A DNA stretch of 63,989 nucleotides, counting the filler, from Pelomyxa schiedti (taxonomy: Eukaryota > Protista > Evosea), in NCBI GenBank assembly GCA_020536535.1. It is 7 parts of 7 records of this genome, joined end to end, with 100 filler letters (N's around TTAATTAATTAA, not from the genome) between each part and the next. Parts side by side here need not be neighbours in the genome. Positions count along the whole stretch, not along the records: positions 12,748 to 21,937 come from JAHLWZ010000743.1; positions 22,038 to 28,695 come from JAHLWZ010000752.1; positions 28,796 to 39,095 come from JAHLWZ010001271.1; 4 more parts are not named here. One strand, 5' to 3'. The notes under the pieces are model-generated. The model was not told the origin of the DNA. It made no database searches and saw nothing but the letters and a program-made list of their open reading frames with translations. Below, piece by piece: positions 21,650 through 35,101 of the stretch. Both the position numbers and the translations under genes were made by a program. Each line of letters begins with the position of its first letter. The first letter of the stretch is position 1.

Positions 21650-22937
21650 GTTGGTCTCCGGACTGTCGGCACTGTTGATTATTTTTCGGCGTATTTAACC
21701 ACGAAAAAGCGATCTTCGGAACGCGCCCTGCAGCGCTTGTCGTCCCTGTACAGCCCCTACGAGGTCCCGTCGGGGAAGTTGGACAGGCCCCAACCGTCGG
21801 AGCAGCGCCACTCCCATGAGAAGGGTCAATGCGACACATTGTTGATTCTCAATGACTCGGGGCGTAATGTGTCTGTCCCACGTTGTGTGTGTGTGGCACC
21901 ACCTCGTGTGCAGCATCATCAGGTGGATGATACACGTNNNNNNNNNNNNNNNNNNNNNNNNNNNNNNNNNNNNNNNNNNNNTTAATTAATTAANNNNNNN
22001 NNNNNNNNNNNNNNNNNNNNNNNNNNNNNNNNNNNNNTTGCTGTTGTTGGTTGTTATTGCTACTGTTGTTGAAGTGTTGTGGTGTGTCTGGGGTGGTTGT
22101 GCGTTTGTGGAACTCCTTGTTGGGTGCAGGTTCAAATTGTAATCAGAGTGTTCAGCTTCAAATATTTGTGTATTCTGCCACTCAATGCATTCTTCAATGA
22201 ACTCCTCAATGTCATCTGGCAGCGTGTTAGTTGTTGGAAAGTGTAAATTTGCGTACTGGATGAAACAGAGTGCTTGAAACAGGAATTCATGTCCGGGTGG
22301 GATTCAAACACTTTCTTCATAACTGGAGATGATGATGCATGTTGGCTGTCAATATACATGAGCTGTTTGAGGGTTAGAGCCCAAAATACATATGGAGGGA
22401 TGAAAAACCGGAAGAAAGTTGGTTCCTTCACTCAGAAAGGGACTGCTAGTAACGCAGTACATTGGACGGGCTGTTACAACAAGCAATGTTCCAAAAGCGG
22501 CAAGGAGTTCATATGGACATTCAAAATCCCATGCGGTTGTTCTGTTCAAGGGTTAAAAAGTTGAAATGAAAGTAAGAATTTCTAGGAGACATACAGCAGG
22601 AAAGTCACATTTGGTAATGGCCGCGTTGAAGATGAAGTGAAAGATGAGAATTGTTCGACTTGTAGTCTGGAGCCGCAAACAATATACAACACATCATCAG
22701 CCAGTGAAATATGGTTATTAATAAAAAACGACGCATCACTGTGTGCTTTCTTGAGTGTCAGATGAGGATTTGAAGAAAAGCAAAGAGAAACCTGCATCAT
22801 AGAGAACGAGCCGAGGGAACTGAAAAGCTTTCTTGAAAAGAAGACTAAGCTGTGATTTAATGTGGATTGGAGCATCCTTTCCCTCAAAAGCGGTGTCGTC
22901 TTCACCATTAATGTTTTTAGTCCAGTAGCTATAGTCT

Positions 22938-24197
22938 TTATTTATATTTCTTGCTGTTTGTGAAGATAGGCAGGAATCGTCTTGGGAATTTGGCATCCCA
23001 TTTAAGGAGCTCATTTGAGCAGCCTTTTGCATCTGATAAAGGGAGATTAGAAATAATAGCAGTGTGGGTTTTTCGCACCATTGTCCTGATATTGGCTTCG
23101 ACGACTTGAATATTCCGCCGGATTTTAGCAGAATTCCCAGTAGTGTTTTGTTGGAGTATCTTTTTCTGTAGGTTTTCCCGTTTCACAATGAGGCATGCCA
23201 GCTGCCACTTATCGTTCCTGGGCAGGCACGATGGCACCTGTGTGGGGTCTCCAACAATATCTTTTCTGCTTGTGATTTTGCCCAACTTTGCCTCCTTCCT
23301 TGCCCTCTTCAGCTGATTGTTCATAATCCTACGCACGCCCGGTGCCACCCTTGCACCACAGCCACCAACAGCAGCCTTAACCACACCACCTCTGTTGACA
23401 CCACCCACAATCACGCCACGTTTGATTCTAGCAGCCATTATCCCGGCCCTGGTGTTATTAATAGTAGTAGATGTGCCAGCGTAATTCCCAGTGGTCTCTA
23501 CATTACTAGCAACAGCAGGCCCGGTAATTACCGCCGCAGGTCCAGCACGAGCACGAGAGTCAGTAGTACTGCCGACACCGCCAGTACTAGTAGCAGCCAC
23601 GGGATATGGCCCCCCCGTGGGCCTGCCGCGCCCCGCTCCCCGCTGGTCCCCCTGCCGCGCATACTGTTGTCTGGGCGTCGCCATCGTCACCATCATCATC
23701 CCCACCCCTCGGGCTGCGGCTCTGCCACTGCCCCTCGCCCTGCACCCCCTGCCGGGCCCCGCCGTGGCCCTGCTGCCGCCTTCCCCGTGGGCCCCTCCTC
23801 GCCCCGCCGGCACCCTGCCGGGCCCCGCCCCCCGCGCCCCTCTTCCTCCTCCCCTTGGGGCCATCGCCCCGCGGCCTCGGCCTCTTCTCGCTGCGGCACC
23901 CCCCCGCTGTTGCGGCGCCTCGCGTGGCCTTGTGCCCGCTGAGCCGGTGGGCACGGGCTGCTGTTGCTGTTGCTGGTGGTGGTTGTGGTGGTGGCGGTAC
24001 TGTGCGTGGGCATCGGTGGTGGGCCACCCCGGCGACACCAGCATCTGCTGCGCCGTGCGGATGCGCTCGTTCATCGACATGGACGACATCGGCATTGGTT
24101 GCGGCAGTGTGGTGATAGTCGTGGCCAGGGGTGCGTTCGTGCGTGGTAGCGACCCCTGTGGTTGTTCCGGGGCGTCTGTCGCAGGGCCACCCCACAT
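22938..24197 (-). CDS. Low-complexity RGG/His/Gln-rich protein with basic helical C-terminal region
   Basis: 419-aa ORF; RRGRGRG, RGGGRGARG, GRGRPTGG, HHHNHHQQQQQQ; may continue into degenerate ORF fragments at 22132-22908. Confidence 0.55.
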   Translation of the reverse strand: MWGGPATDAPEQPQGSLPRTNAPLATTITTLPQPMPMSSMSMNERIRTAQQMLVSPGWPTTDAHAQYRHHHNHHQQQQQQPVPTGSAGTRPREAPQQRGGAAARRGRGRGAMAPRGGGRGARGAGPGRVPAGRGGAHGEGGSRATAGPGRGCRARGSGRAAARGVGMMMVTMATPRQQYARQGDQRGAGRGRPTGGPYPVAATSTGGVGSTTDSRARAGPAAVITGPAVASNVETTGNYAGTSTTINNTRAGIMAARIKRGVIVGGVNRGGVVKAAVGGCGARVAPGVRRIMNNQLKRARKEAKLGKITSRKDIVGDPTQVPSCLPRNDKWQLACLIVKRENLQKKILQQNTTGNSAKIRRNIQVVEANIRTMVRKTHTAIISNLPLSDAKGCSNELLKWDAKFPRRFLPIFTNSKKYK

Positions 24198-24401
24198 TCG
24201 TTCCGAACGATTTGAAAAATTAAATAGGGTGAGTCTGGCCTAGTTGCAGTGAAGGGTGGGGGGGGCCGGGGTTCGGTGCAGTGAAGGAGGGCCCAATGAC
24301 TGGAACCAGTGGCCTTGACAAGAAACCGAGAGGAGCTTTTCCCAATTTGATTAACATCATAATAACTAACGTGACACCGACACACAAGGGGGGGGGGCTA
24401 G

Positions 24402-26011
<1,610 letters not shown>

Positions 26012-26082
26012 CACCAATAAAGAAGGAGCGGAAAAGAAATGGTTTTGGTGATGCTGTTCTGTTCTTTTAGAATTTCCGTATT

Positions 26083-28571
26083 TTAACCCATTCTGGGATC
26101 GCGTTCTCTTTTTCTGTTGTTGGCGTGAGAGGGTAGTTTGTTTGAGAAGAAGGTTACCGTGGTGGTGCTTGGAAAATGTGATCGACACGAAGAATCATCT
26201 CGGCGGCCTCTGTTTGTTGTAAGTATTATTTAACTAGGTGTATTTAAAATACCCGCTGCGGCGAGCAGAACGTGTTTCTTAACTTTGATTGGTTCAATTA
26301 TTCCAAGGGTATTCATATCCCCGATTCTGCCGAGGTTCATGTCTTTAACCTGTGTTAGTACAGTAATTTCAACTGGGAAACAAACCAAGTCCGGCTGTCG
26401 TGGAACCCGAGGCATGGGCAGCTCGTAGTTGTGACACCAATTCACTGGAATCATATCCAGCATTATCGGCGATAATTGTTGGAAGAACTCTAAGTGCCCT
26501 GGCAAAGGCCTCTATTGCTAGCGCCTTCTTTCCTAACAAGGGTAAGCCAATAACCTCCCTCAGCACGGGTTGGCATACCGGCTGTCTGTCTGGCAAGCTC
26601 GTCCACAGCCAATGACATGGCCATTTCAGTACACCCACCACCACAAACAACTTTGGGTTCCTTTACTACCACAGACAGAACGCAAAGAGCATCGTGGAGA
26701 GACCTAATACCGTAAGAAAAGAAGGGTAAATTGATAAACCTCTCCGCTTCCGCAACGATATGGGAAGTTGGTCCCCTCAGAACGATTGTGCAAGCTTCTC
26801 CTCTAGCAACGCCACTGAACTTGATTACCTTCATGAAGGTTAGACATGTAATAGCAAGAGTTTAATAATACCATATCCTCGCCGATCATAACTTCTTCAA
26901 TAAGCTTGCAGGTTCCGAACTTGACTAACTCTGGGTGATCAAAAGTGCTTACTATCTCAGCACCAGTCACCAGCGCCAATCTCTCTACCCCCTCAAAGTC
27001 GGCATGTTCGATTGCCATAATGTTTCTCTCCGCGAAAAACTGTTCTGGAAGGTTGTAGATAAGCTGTCTGTTGATGAAAACGTTGACGCCGTGATCAGCA
27101 ATTTTCTTGCACTTGGCCAGCATTCTGGCCTATTGCACAAATAAGTTGGGAACAGTGTGGTAACAAATATGTTTCACACCCTCTCGGCCTCTTCTATCTC
27201 GGCAACTTTGGCCACTGAGTCAACTTGCACTTTTGCACCAAAAATCTTTATTCTGTCAGTGTCCATTGCTGTGTTGGCCAGAAGAATTTTGGCATTCTCA
27301 ATTCGCTTTGGCTGGCCTACACCAACCTTTTTCTCCAGAAGAAATCTGTGTTTAATTAATTGTGTAAATGGAAATATTATTCTGTGAGGTATACCCTTCT
27401 TCCAAGAATGAGGAACGCAACGATCCACTGTTCTTTTTGATAATATGAATACTCTCTAGATTTCCTCCCTATAAAAAACCATTTGTACCAATTTTCGAAA
27501 GTGGACAATGTAAGTACATGTAGTCTCATGACAGCATCAACTGCCATTGTGGCAAAATGGTCTTTTTCGGCCTGCAAAATTTTGGAGCTCAGTGTTGTAC
27601 GAGCGACATTGAGTAAGTAATTTCTTTGTTGTTCTGAGGAGAGAGTTAAAAAGACATCAAGAGGTCAAGTGCCTACCAGGGTTTGCAGATACATCGAAGG
27701 AACATGCCTCCAGTGCTCTCAGAGTGACAGGGACGGCCATCCTGAACCCCTCAATGACAGTCTGAGGATGCAATTTGCTGGCTAGTAGTTTTTCTGCCTC
27801 CCGCAGTAACTCACCCGCAAGAACGCACACACTGGTTGTCCCATCCCCAACCTCATCATCAATAGTCTTGGATATTTCTAGAATTAGTCAGTTACGGCAT
27901 TAACAAATTAGCTCTGGGATGTGCAGGTATAAGCTCACCAACGAGCACTTTGGCAGCAGGATTATCGATGTGAATGCTCTTGAGAATAGTGGCACCATCG
28001 TTTGTCACAGTTACAGCCTCAGCAGCACCCGAACCTGACCCCAGCAAAATTTTATCCTGTNNNNNNNNNNNNNNNNNNNNNNNNNNNNNNNNNNNNNNNN
28101 NNNNNNNNNNNNNNNNNNNNNNNNNNNNNNNNNNNNNNNNNNNNNNNNNNNNNNNNNNNNAACGAGCACTTTGGCAGCAGGATTATCGATGTGAATGCTC
28201 TTGAGAATAGTGGCACCATCGTTTGTCACAGTTACAGCCTCAGCAGCACCCGAACCTGACCCCAGCAAAATTTTATCCTGTATATAGAGTTTTTGGTGAA
28301 TTTTAGCAATGATGAATTACATAGTGTAAGGAAGCAACAAAACAAACACACACCATTCCAAAGGGACCCAGCGTAGTTTTTACCATGTCCGTAACAGCAA
28401 TAGCCCCAACGAAGGACGACTAAATTGTGGGAAAGGTAAGTACGCGGGCGATTGCTGAATCGGGTTATCCCATAATCAAAACGACGAGGTAGATCGCGGT
28501 AGTACCACTCTCGCACCCTCGGTGCCGGTCTCTATCGTGTCCTCTCTAACTACGCTCATTGGTTTCGCCAT
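26083..28571 (-). CDS. CCT2: T-complex protein 1 subunit beta (chaperonin CCT), multi-exon
   Basis: [95 protein letters not shown]|KRERDPRMG*. Confidence 0.95.
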
Positions 28572-29982
28572 CGGGACTTAGTGTCGCACCACCGATCTAA
28601 TTTATTTTCTTTGTCTTTCAGGTGCAACTGAACAGATCTGTCAGAGGAATGAACTTGATTCTCCCTGGAAGGTGTGTCGTGGTGACACAGTGTCTNNNNN
28701 NNNNNNNNNNNNNNNNNNNNNNNNNNNNNNNNNNNNNNNTTAATTAATTAANNNNNNNNNNNNNNNNNNNNNNNNNNNNNNNNNNNNNNNNNNNNCAGTG
28801 CACCACTCACAAGGTCACACAATTCTGGTGGAAAGCTGGGAGAGTCTAGATGTTGGAGTCTGCCCAGGAATCGTTGTTGTTTCCCGTGCCGCTTCACTGA
28901 TGGCTGGGATAACAACGGAAATGGAAGCGGAGACAGGAGGACGTTCGGTTAACGTGATTGTGACGTTGTTTAGGTAGCCTGCCCCATAAGTGTAGAGAAC
29001 TCCACACGGCCTTTGCTTGGAGGACGCGAGACCCAATCCTATTCTACACTCGGCACACGCGGTGTTTCGTTCGTAACCGCGCAAGACGTTTAAAAAGGTG
29101 AATTTTTGGTTTTTCTTTCGACTTTTCTGTGTACCAATTTGAAACAGGTTTTTTTGGAAGAGCGGTTAGTGTGTTGTGCCGGTGTGTGCTTACTGCGTAC
29201 GCCTGTTGGCTTTTTGTATGTGGAAGATCTGACGTTGGGATCTAGCTATGCACACCGTATCAGTGACGACAAGGGTGAGAGATTCGAGAGGACAACGAGG
29301 GTAATCACTTCCGCTTTCGTACGATGCACACCGTAGAAAACGCTGTTGTGGGGCTCACCGGTACCTATTGCAACTACATCTAAGCCTTGTTTTGTGCGGC
29401 ATACGTGACAAACTCTCCTTATGTATACGCTGACTAGGTATGCGAGATTAATTGCAACAATAAGCCTCTTCCTCGCCGCACATAAACACTTTTGAGTGGT
29501 GTTTCACAACTCACCGTTTTCAGGCTCCACTTACACTACTTCCAAGACACGATGGATTTAGGCCGGCATTGGTCACGCTGCGGCCACCAAGCAAATTACA
29601 AAGGAAAGGTACCCTCTCTCCTTCGTCCTGCAATAACCTCACCGGCTCAAGCAATTCAGAACCACATATACAACACCATGGAGTTTTAACTCCTTCTCTG
29701 GAGCTGATACTTGTCGCTCTCGCAGGTCATTCATTTTTCAAACCACCAACAACTCCCTTAGTGAATGTATTGAGACTGAGGCTAACTACCAACTTTAATC
29801 CAAATCCTAATCCAAATCCTTTTCACAGTTCCCAATAGAAAGCAACGATAAGCCAAACCACTGAGGAGCTCTGCCTTTCCCTTTGACAACAATACCCACT
29901 TGAAAATAAAAAAGAGAACCACATTGAAACAGGAACAAAGTTGTTTCTTTTACCGAGTTTTGTTTGGTGTGGCGTGGATGAA

Positions 29983-30649
29983 TCAGTCAATTATTATCAC
30001 GCCGTTCTCATCTTGGGTATACGTGGCTGTGGTGCCTGGGACAGTACCTGGCATTGGAAGCACGGGCATGGGCATGGGGGTTGTTGTCACAGGCAAAGGG
30101 GTTGCAAGGGGCACAGGAACCACAAACGATGGGGAGTGCCATGGGGGCAAGAGGGCCGGCGAGAGGGCCCAATCACGCATGCTAGCTCTGCTACTGCTAG
30201 TACGAGTAGGCTGTGGGTGCGGTTTGGCGGCGTCGGGGGCGACGGCAGCAGCTCTGACGAGTGGCAGGCGGCTGGGCGGGGGGTTGTTCCGGCGAACCAA
30301 CTTGGCATGCAAAGCGGCGTGGCCCTTGGTGTGGGCGTCCTTGTCGGCGGCGTCGTCGGCGGGGATCTTGTACTTCAGGGTGCCAAGGGCAAGGAGAAAC
30401 AGGGCCGAAGATGGACGTTCGAACTCGATCCACGAGTGCTTTGATTCACTGTCACGGAGATGCCTCGACTTTATTACATCGTGAACAACGTATGTGCTAT
30501 GGTGGCCGTTATTTTCGAAGGAGAAAACAAAGAAGGAGGCGGTACCCTAGGGAGATCTGCCGCTTAGTCTGGAGGCGTCCAATGGCATGTTCCATATCGA
30601 TCGGGGTCGTTTTGTGGTGCAAGTCCGCAACGTACACCCACGAATGCAT
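29983..30649 (-). CDS. Putative divergent RRM protein with Pro-rich tail (at least 2 exons)
   Basis: HSWVYVADLHHKTTPIDMEHAI (RNP2-like) and KHSWIEFERPSSAL (RNP1-like) joined across a GT-AG intron at ~30500-30545; 5' end uncertain. Confidence 0.4.
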
Positions 30650-31377
30650 TATTTGTTTGTTTTTATGATTTGGATCTCCGGAGTCCGGGTCTTACTTTTT
30701 TTTGATAAGGACATGTGATTGGAGGGAGACTTTCACTGACACACATCCAAGGGTCCTCCCCAGGAGTCCAGAGCCATGATGAGATTTCGTTGACCCCAAC
30801 TTGGACAATTCCAAGGAGTGGTTTTGCTTTGGGTGTTGATGTGATCCCACGGGTGGCTCCCATAACTTCCCCATGCGGCCAGTGGCTGTTGGATGGGGAC
30901 TCTGGAGGGGTTCTTGGAGAACTTACAAATCGCTCTACTCCAAGGATCCACAGTGGGACTGGTTGTGGGACGGCTGGAAAGGCTGATGAAGTTGACCATT
31001 TTCGTTTTCAAAGGGTGGTCCCCCAGCGGCAACTTCTTTCCGTCACATTGCTGTGAGTCGGGGCCAGAGGGATGAGGTTGTTTCGACGCGAACATCACTC
31101 ATGGGACTCTGTGCAGGGAATTGGCCCACCTGCGGCTTAAGCCCCACTTGTGTGGAGCCCGACGGCCCTACTACGCACTTTCGTTGTTCACAGTTCTGTA
31201 AAAAACGAAGTTGCCAGTTTCGAGATACTCTGAGAGGTCCCATTGCAGGTTGACCCAATCGCAGCAACAGTTTGAGAACCTCTTCCATGTGCATCAGCGG
31301 GTCCCGATTGGACCATGTCCACCGGAAAGAACGAATTCATCAAAAACCGAAGCGATTTGATATTGAGCGGACACACG

Positions 31378-33408
31378 ATGGGTGGGTGTGGCATTGTGGC
31401 TTCATTTTTTGGTCTTTTGGCGGCGGTTGGGTTGGTATTGATTCGGTTAGTAAGGCGTCCCAATGCCCCTGAGGGTGCGTTTTTTTTTTCTTCTTCTTCT
31501 TTTTGGATAGGATGCGATTGAGCGTGGTTGACTTAGTTATGCAGGGAGGAGAAGTGTAACCGTTTTTGTTCTGGGTGACTTGGGACGAAGCCCTAGAATG
31601 CAATACCACGCAAACTCGCTTTCATCAGTGTTCCATGTTGACCTCGTTGGGGTGAAAGGTTGATTTGCCTCTTTGCTTTTGTGTTAGGGTTGGGTGTTGC
31701 CTGGCATTCTTCTTACGCATGCTCATCCACTTCAATGTTGTCAGGAACCACACCCATGGATATGATCACACAAAATAAGAACATCTCCGTTCACGAATTG
31801 GTTCCTTTCCCTGCACTTCCACGAGGCCTACCTGCCAGAGGTCTACTCTTTGTCCCCTATGCCCCGTTGAAGCTTGCCATTCAAATTTTGCAACTGTTTT
31901 ACGTATGTCTTTCTTATTCCTTTGGATGCAGAACACACAGTTAAGCTCCCTCCAAGGTGTTCTTATTTCGTGTGCGAAAGCCATCCTACTTCCTCATTCA
32001 GAATCCACCATCTTTACCAACTCTTGGAGTTGTCTGGATAGTTTCACGTCTCAGAGGTGCTTGTTTCGTTGTTGACTGGCACAATTTAGGCTACACAGTT
32101 CTTGCCAATTCACTAAATTGGGGATACACTCACCCTGTCATTGTGGTAGCAAAATTGTACACAGTTCCTTTTTTTTTTTTAGATCGACTCCCACCTAATA
32201 ACAGATGGGAGTTCACCTTTGGAGCCTTGTGTGGGGATAGGCACATTTGTGTTACTAATGCTCTCAAGAAGAAACTGTGCTCAGAATGGCGTGTGAAGTG
32301 AGTGAAACATACTTCATTATCTTTGTTTACACAGTAAGGCCTTCCCTTGTGCAGGTTCTTCATGATAGACCCCACGAAATTTTTTCTCCTTTGACCAAAG
32401 ATCAACGTTCCAAGGTGCTCCTTTACACTCCTTCGTTTTTAACTGTGTGCTTCTACAGACTCTGGAGTGGTTAATGGAAAATATCTCCGACTCCGAAACT
32501 AAGGAATATATTGAAATGCTGCACAAGAGAGATCAACAGTAACTCCTCTTCAATTTCTTAATATTCTTCCCGTTCCTTACTGGCCGGTAGTGTGATCTCG
32601 AAAATAGCCATGGGCGTCTCCTCCACTTCATGGACCCCAGACGAGGATTTTGGCGTTTTACTGGAAGCTCTTGCGAAATATGATAGCCAGGCCAATATTC
32701 CAGGGAGCTGCTTGCCGCGGCTTCTTTTTGTGATTACTGGTACGTTTTTCCATGGCAGTTCGTATCTTTAATACTTTTCACAGGAAAGGGGCCAGAACGA
32801 GAGAAGTACGAGGAATTGATCAAAGACCTGGCAATGACACATGTTGCTATTTGTACTATATGGCTCCCTCATGACAAATACCCCTTGGTTTTAGGTAGAA
32901 ACATCCAACAATGACTGAAAGTAAATTCACCCCTTTTTTGCCAGGGTGCTCTGACTTTGGTGTCTCCTTACATCAGTCGTCCTCGCAAATTGATTTGCCA
33001 ATCAAAGTTCTTGACATGTTTGGAGTTGGTTTGCCTGTTTGCTCCCGCTTTTATCCCTGGTATGTGCATGTCTGGTTGTGGTTTGTAGTAACATGGCCCG
33101 CACAGTTTACAAGAAGAACTGGTGCATCCCGGGGAAAACGGATTTACCTTTGACACCTCTGAGGAATTGTTCACCCACATCCAAGTAAAATTAATAATCC
33201 GTTGCAATGGATTTCACAACTCAACACAATGCCCAGAAACTCATGATGGACCCGACCATTCTGGCAGTCATGCGTGAACGTGTGTTCTGAGTCTCCCAAA
33301 CCTCCACTGCGTTTTAAACTCACCCTATGAACAGATATAGTACAACAAGTTGCTTCCTCCAGATGGAATCCCACTTGGGTCTCTGCTTGCTCTTCCGTGT
33401 TTATGTAA
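31378..33408 (+). CDS. ALG1: Chitobiosyldiphosphodolichol beta-1,4-mannosyltransferase, multi-exon
   Basis: N-terminal TM, VLGDLGRSPRMQYHA, QNPPSLP, VDWHNLGY, SSTSWTPDEDF, ITGKGP, LHQSSSQIDLPIKVLDMFGVGLPVC. Confidence 0.95.
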
Positions 33409-33543
33409 CCAAAAAAGAAAAATCCAAAAAAGCACAGAAACAATAGTCTCCTTTATTTTCTCCCCTTACCCCAAGCCACTGGGAATAGTGCCAATAGTCC
33501 AAGCCCATTAGCAGCATAGTCCAGGGTAATACCAGTGGCTAAC

Positions 33544-34593
33544 TCACACACCACAAACAGCAGGGCAGTAAACTTTTGTCCACGGGGCCCACTCGCCCAG
33601 AACCATCAGCACCATGGTCTTCTTGATCCTCATTCCCCAGCCCAGCGCACGCCGCAGCAGCCCCGGGTGCCGCGTCATCGGCACCAAGCACACCAGCTCC
33701 CGCCCCGGGTCCGCCGAGGCCGCCGCCACCGACGCCGCCCCGCTGCGGGCCAGGTGCACAAACACCGCCTCGTCCTCGCACGCGCAGCACTCGAGGAACA
33801 GGCTCGAGAGCCCCAGGATGCGCCGCGCCGGGGGGTGTGCAGCGGGCCCCCCGCCCCCCTCGCCGCTGCCGCCGCCGGGGAGCTCCTCGCGGTAGCACAC
33901 CATCGCCGTGTCGTCGTGCTCGAGGCCGCTGATGCCGCTGCAGGAGAAGCCGCACAGCGAGGAGACGAACGCGGAGCACGAGGCGGGGGTCACGAGCCCC
34001 TGGGCCAGCGCGGCGGCCAGCGGGCAGGTGCGCAGCCCCAGGGGGTCGGCCAGCGCCGAGCCGAGCCGGTCGGCGTCCCCGAGGCCCGGGACGCGCAGCG
34101 AGTCGGCGGGGCAGGTGAGGTACGCCAGGGTCTCGCGCGCGACGAAGCCGCTGCGGGCGTACAGCGCCATGGCGTCGAGGTTGTGGCCGTCGACGCACAG
34201 CCGCAGGCTGGCGCCCCCGCGGGCCGCGGAGAGCTGCAGGGCCCGCCGGCACATCTCGGAGCCGAGGCCGCGGGCGCGGAGGTCCGGGGCGACCGCGAGG
34301 GGCCCGAAGCCGTGGGCGGGGTCGGCGCCGTCCGCGACGACGAAGTTGACGGCCACGAGGCGCCGGGCGAGGGGGTCGACGGCGAGCAGGCAGAGGTCCT
34401 GCGGCAGCGAGGAGACCACGAGGGAGCACACGGCCAGGTCGGAGAGGTCCTCCGTGAAGCCGGTGCGACGCTGCAGGTCCACGAAAGTGGTTTGGATCAG
34501 CTTGGCAACATTGTCGGGTTGGCAATAACGGGACATCTCCGGGTCCCTCAAAGCCTCCGCCAGCGTCGTGTGGCGCCAACCGCCCGTACTCAT
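33544..34593 (-). CDS. GNAT-family N-acetyltransferase, intronless, GC-rich
   Basis: FGPLAVAPDLRARGLGSEM (motif A), NLDAMALYARSGF (motif B); C-terminal LLRRALGWGMRIKKTMVLMVLGEW; likely start MSTGGW at 34593. Confidence 0.85.
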   Translation of the reverse strand: MSTGGWRHTTLAEALRDPEMSRYCQPDNVAKLIQTTFVDLQRRTGFTEDLSDLAVCSLVVSSLPQDLCLLAVDPLARRLVAVNFVVADGADPAHGFGPLAVAPDLRARGLGSEMCRRALQLSAARGGASLRLCVDGHNLDAMALYARSGFVARETLAYLTCPADSLRVPGLGDADRLGSALADPLGLRTCPLAAALAQGLVTPASCSAFVSSLCGFSCSGISGLEHDDTAMVCYREELPGGGSGEGGGGPAAHPPARRILGLSSLFLECCACEDEAVFVHLARSGAASVAAASADPGRELVCLVPMTRHPGLLRRALGWGMRIKKTMVLMVLGEWAPWTKVYCPAVCGV

Positions 34594-35101
34594 CGTAAGT
34601 TGTTTTGCTGTAGCACCACGAAAAACGGAAAAGGGAGTGGGAAAACCACTTGAATTGAAACTGGCAGAAATTTTGGGACTCACACAGGGTTTTTCTGGGT
34701 CCAGGTAAAGAACTGGACCGGGTCCGGTTTTTTTTTTTGGATAACCTCTGTTCTTGTGACCCTGACAATCCAGAGTCTTTTTCAAGTAAAAAATTCATTT
34801 CTCCCTTGCAGCAGACACAGACGCAACCAAACCAGGGGGATATCATCGGCTGTTTTTTGGCCCAGGTTGCAGCCCAGCACCCAGATTTTTCCCTCCACAG
34901 GGCACAGAGAAACTCGCATTTGTCGCCGATTTTGATTTTTGGTGTGAGTCCCAATTTTTTTCGAGATACCCTCAACAGGACGTGCTTGCCCGCGGGTGTG
35001 CGGTGGTGTTCATGGGGGTTGGAAACTAAACTCTCAAGACGAAACCAAAAAAAAACTTCAAGCCACCGAACCCAAAGGGTGAAGCCAGGGTCCTTACAAA
35101 A

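Noticed and set aside
27941-28280. Apparent duplicated CCT2 exon
   Set aside because: An identical ~120 bp sits on both sides of the 28061-28160 N-gap, which is typical unmerged contig overlap.
28796-29900. Short ORFs here and at 39196-39770
   Set aside because: No motifs, homology or consistent splice pattern; cannot be supported as genes.
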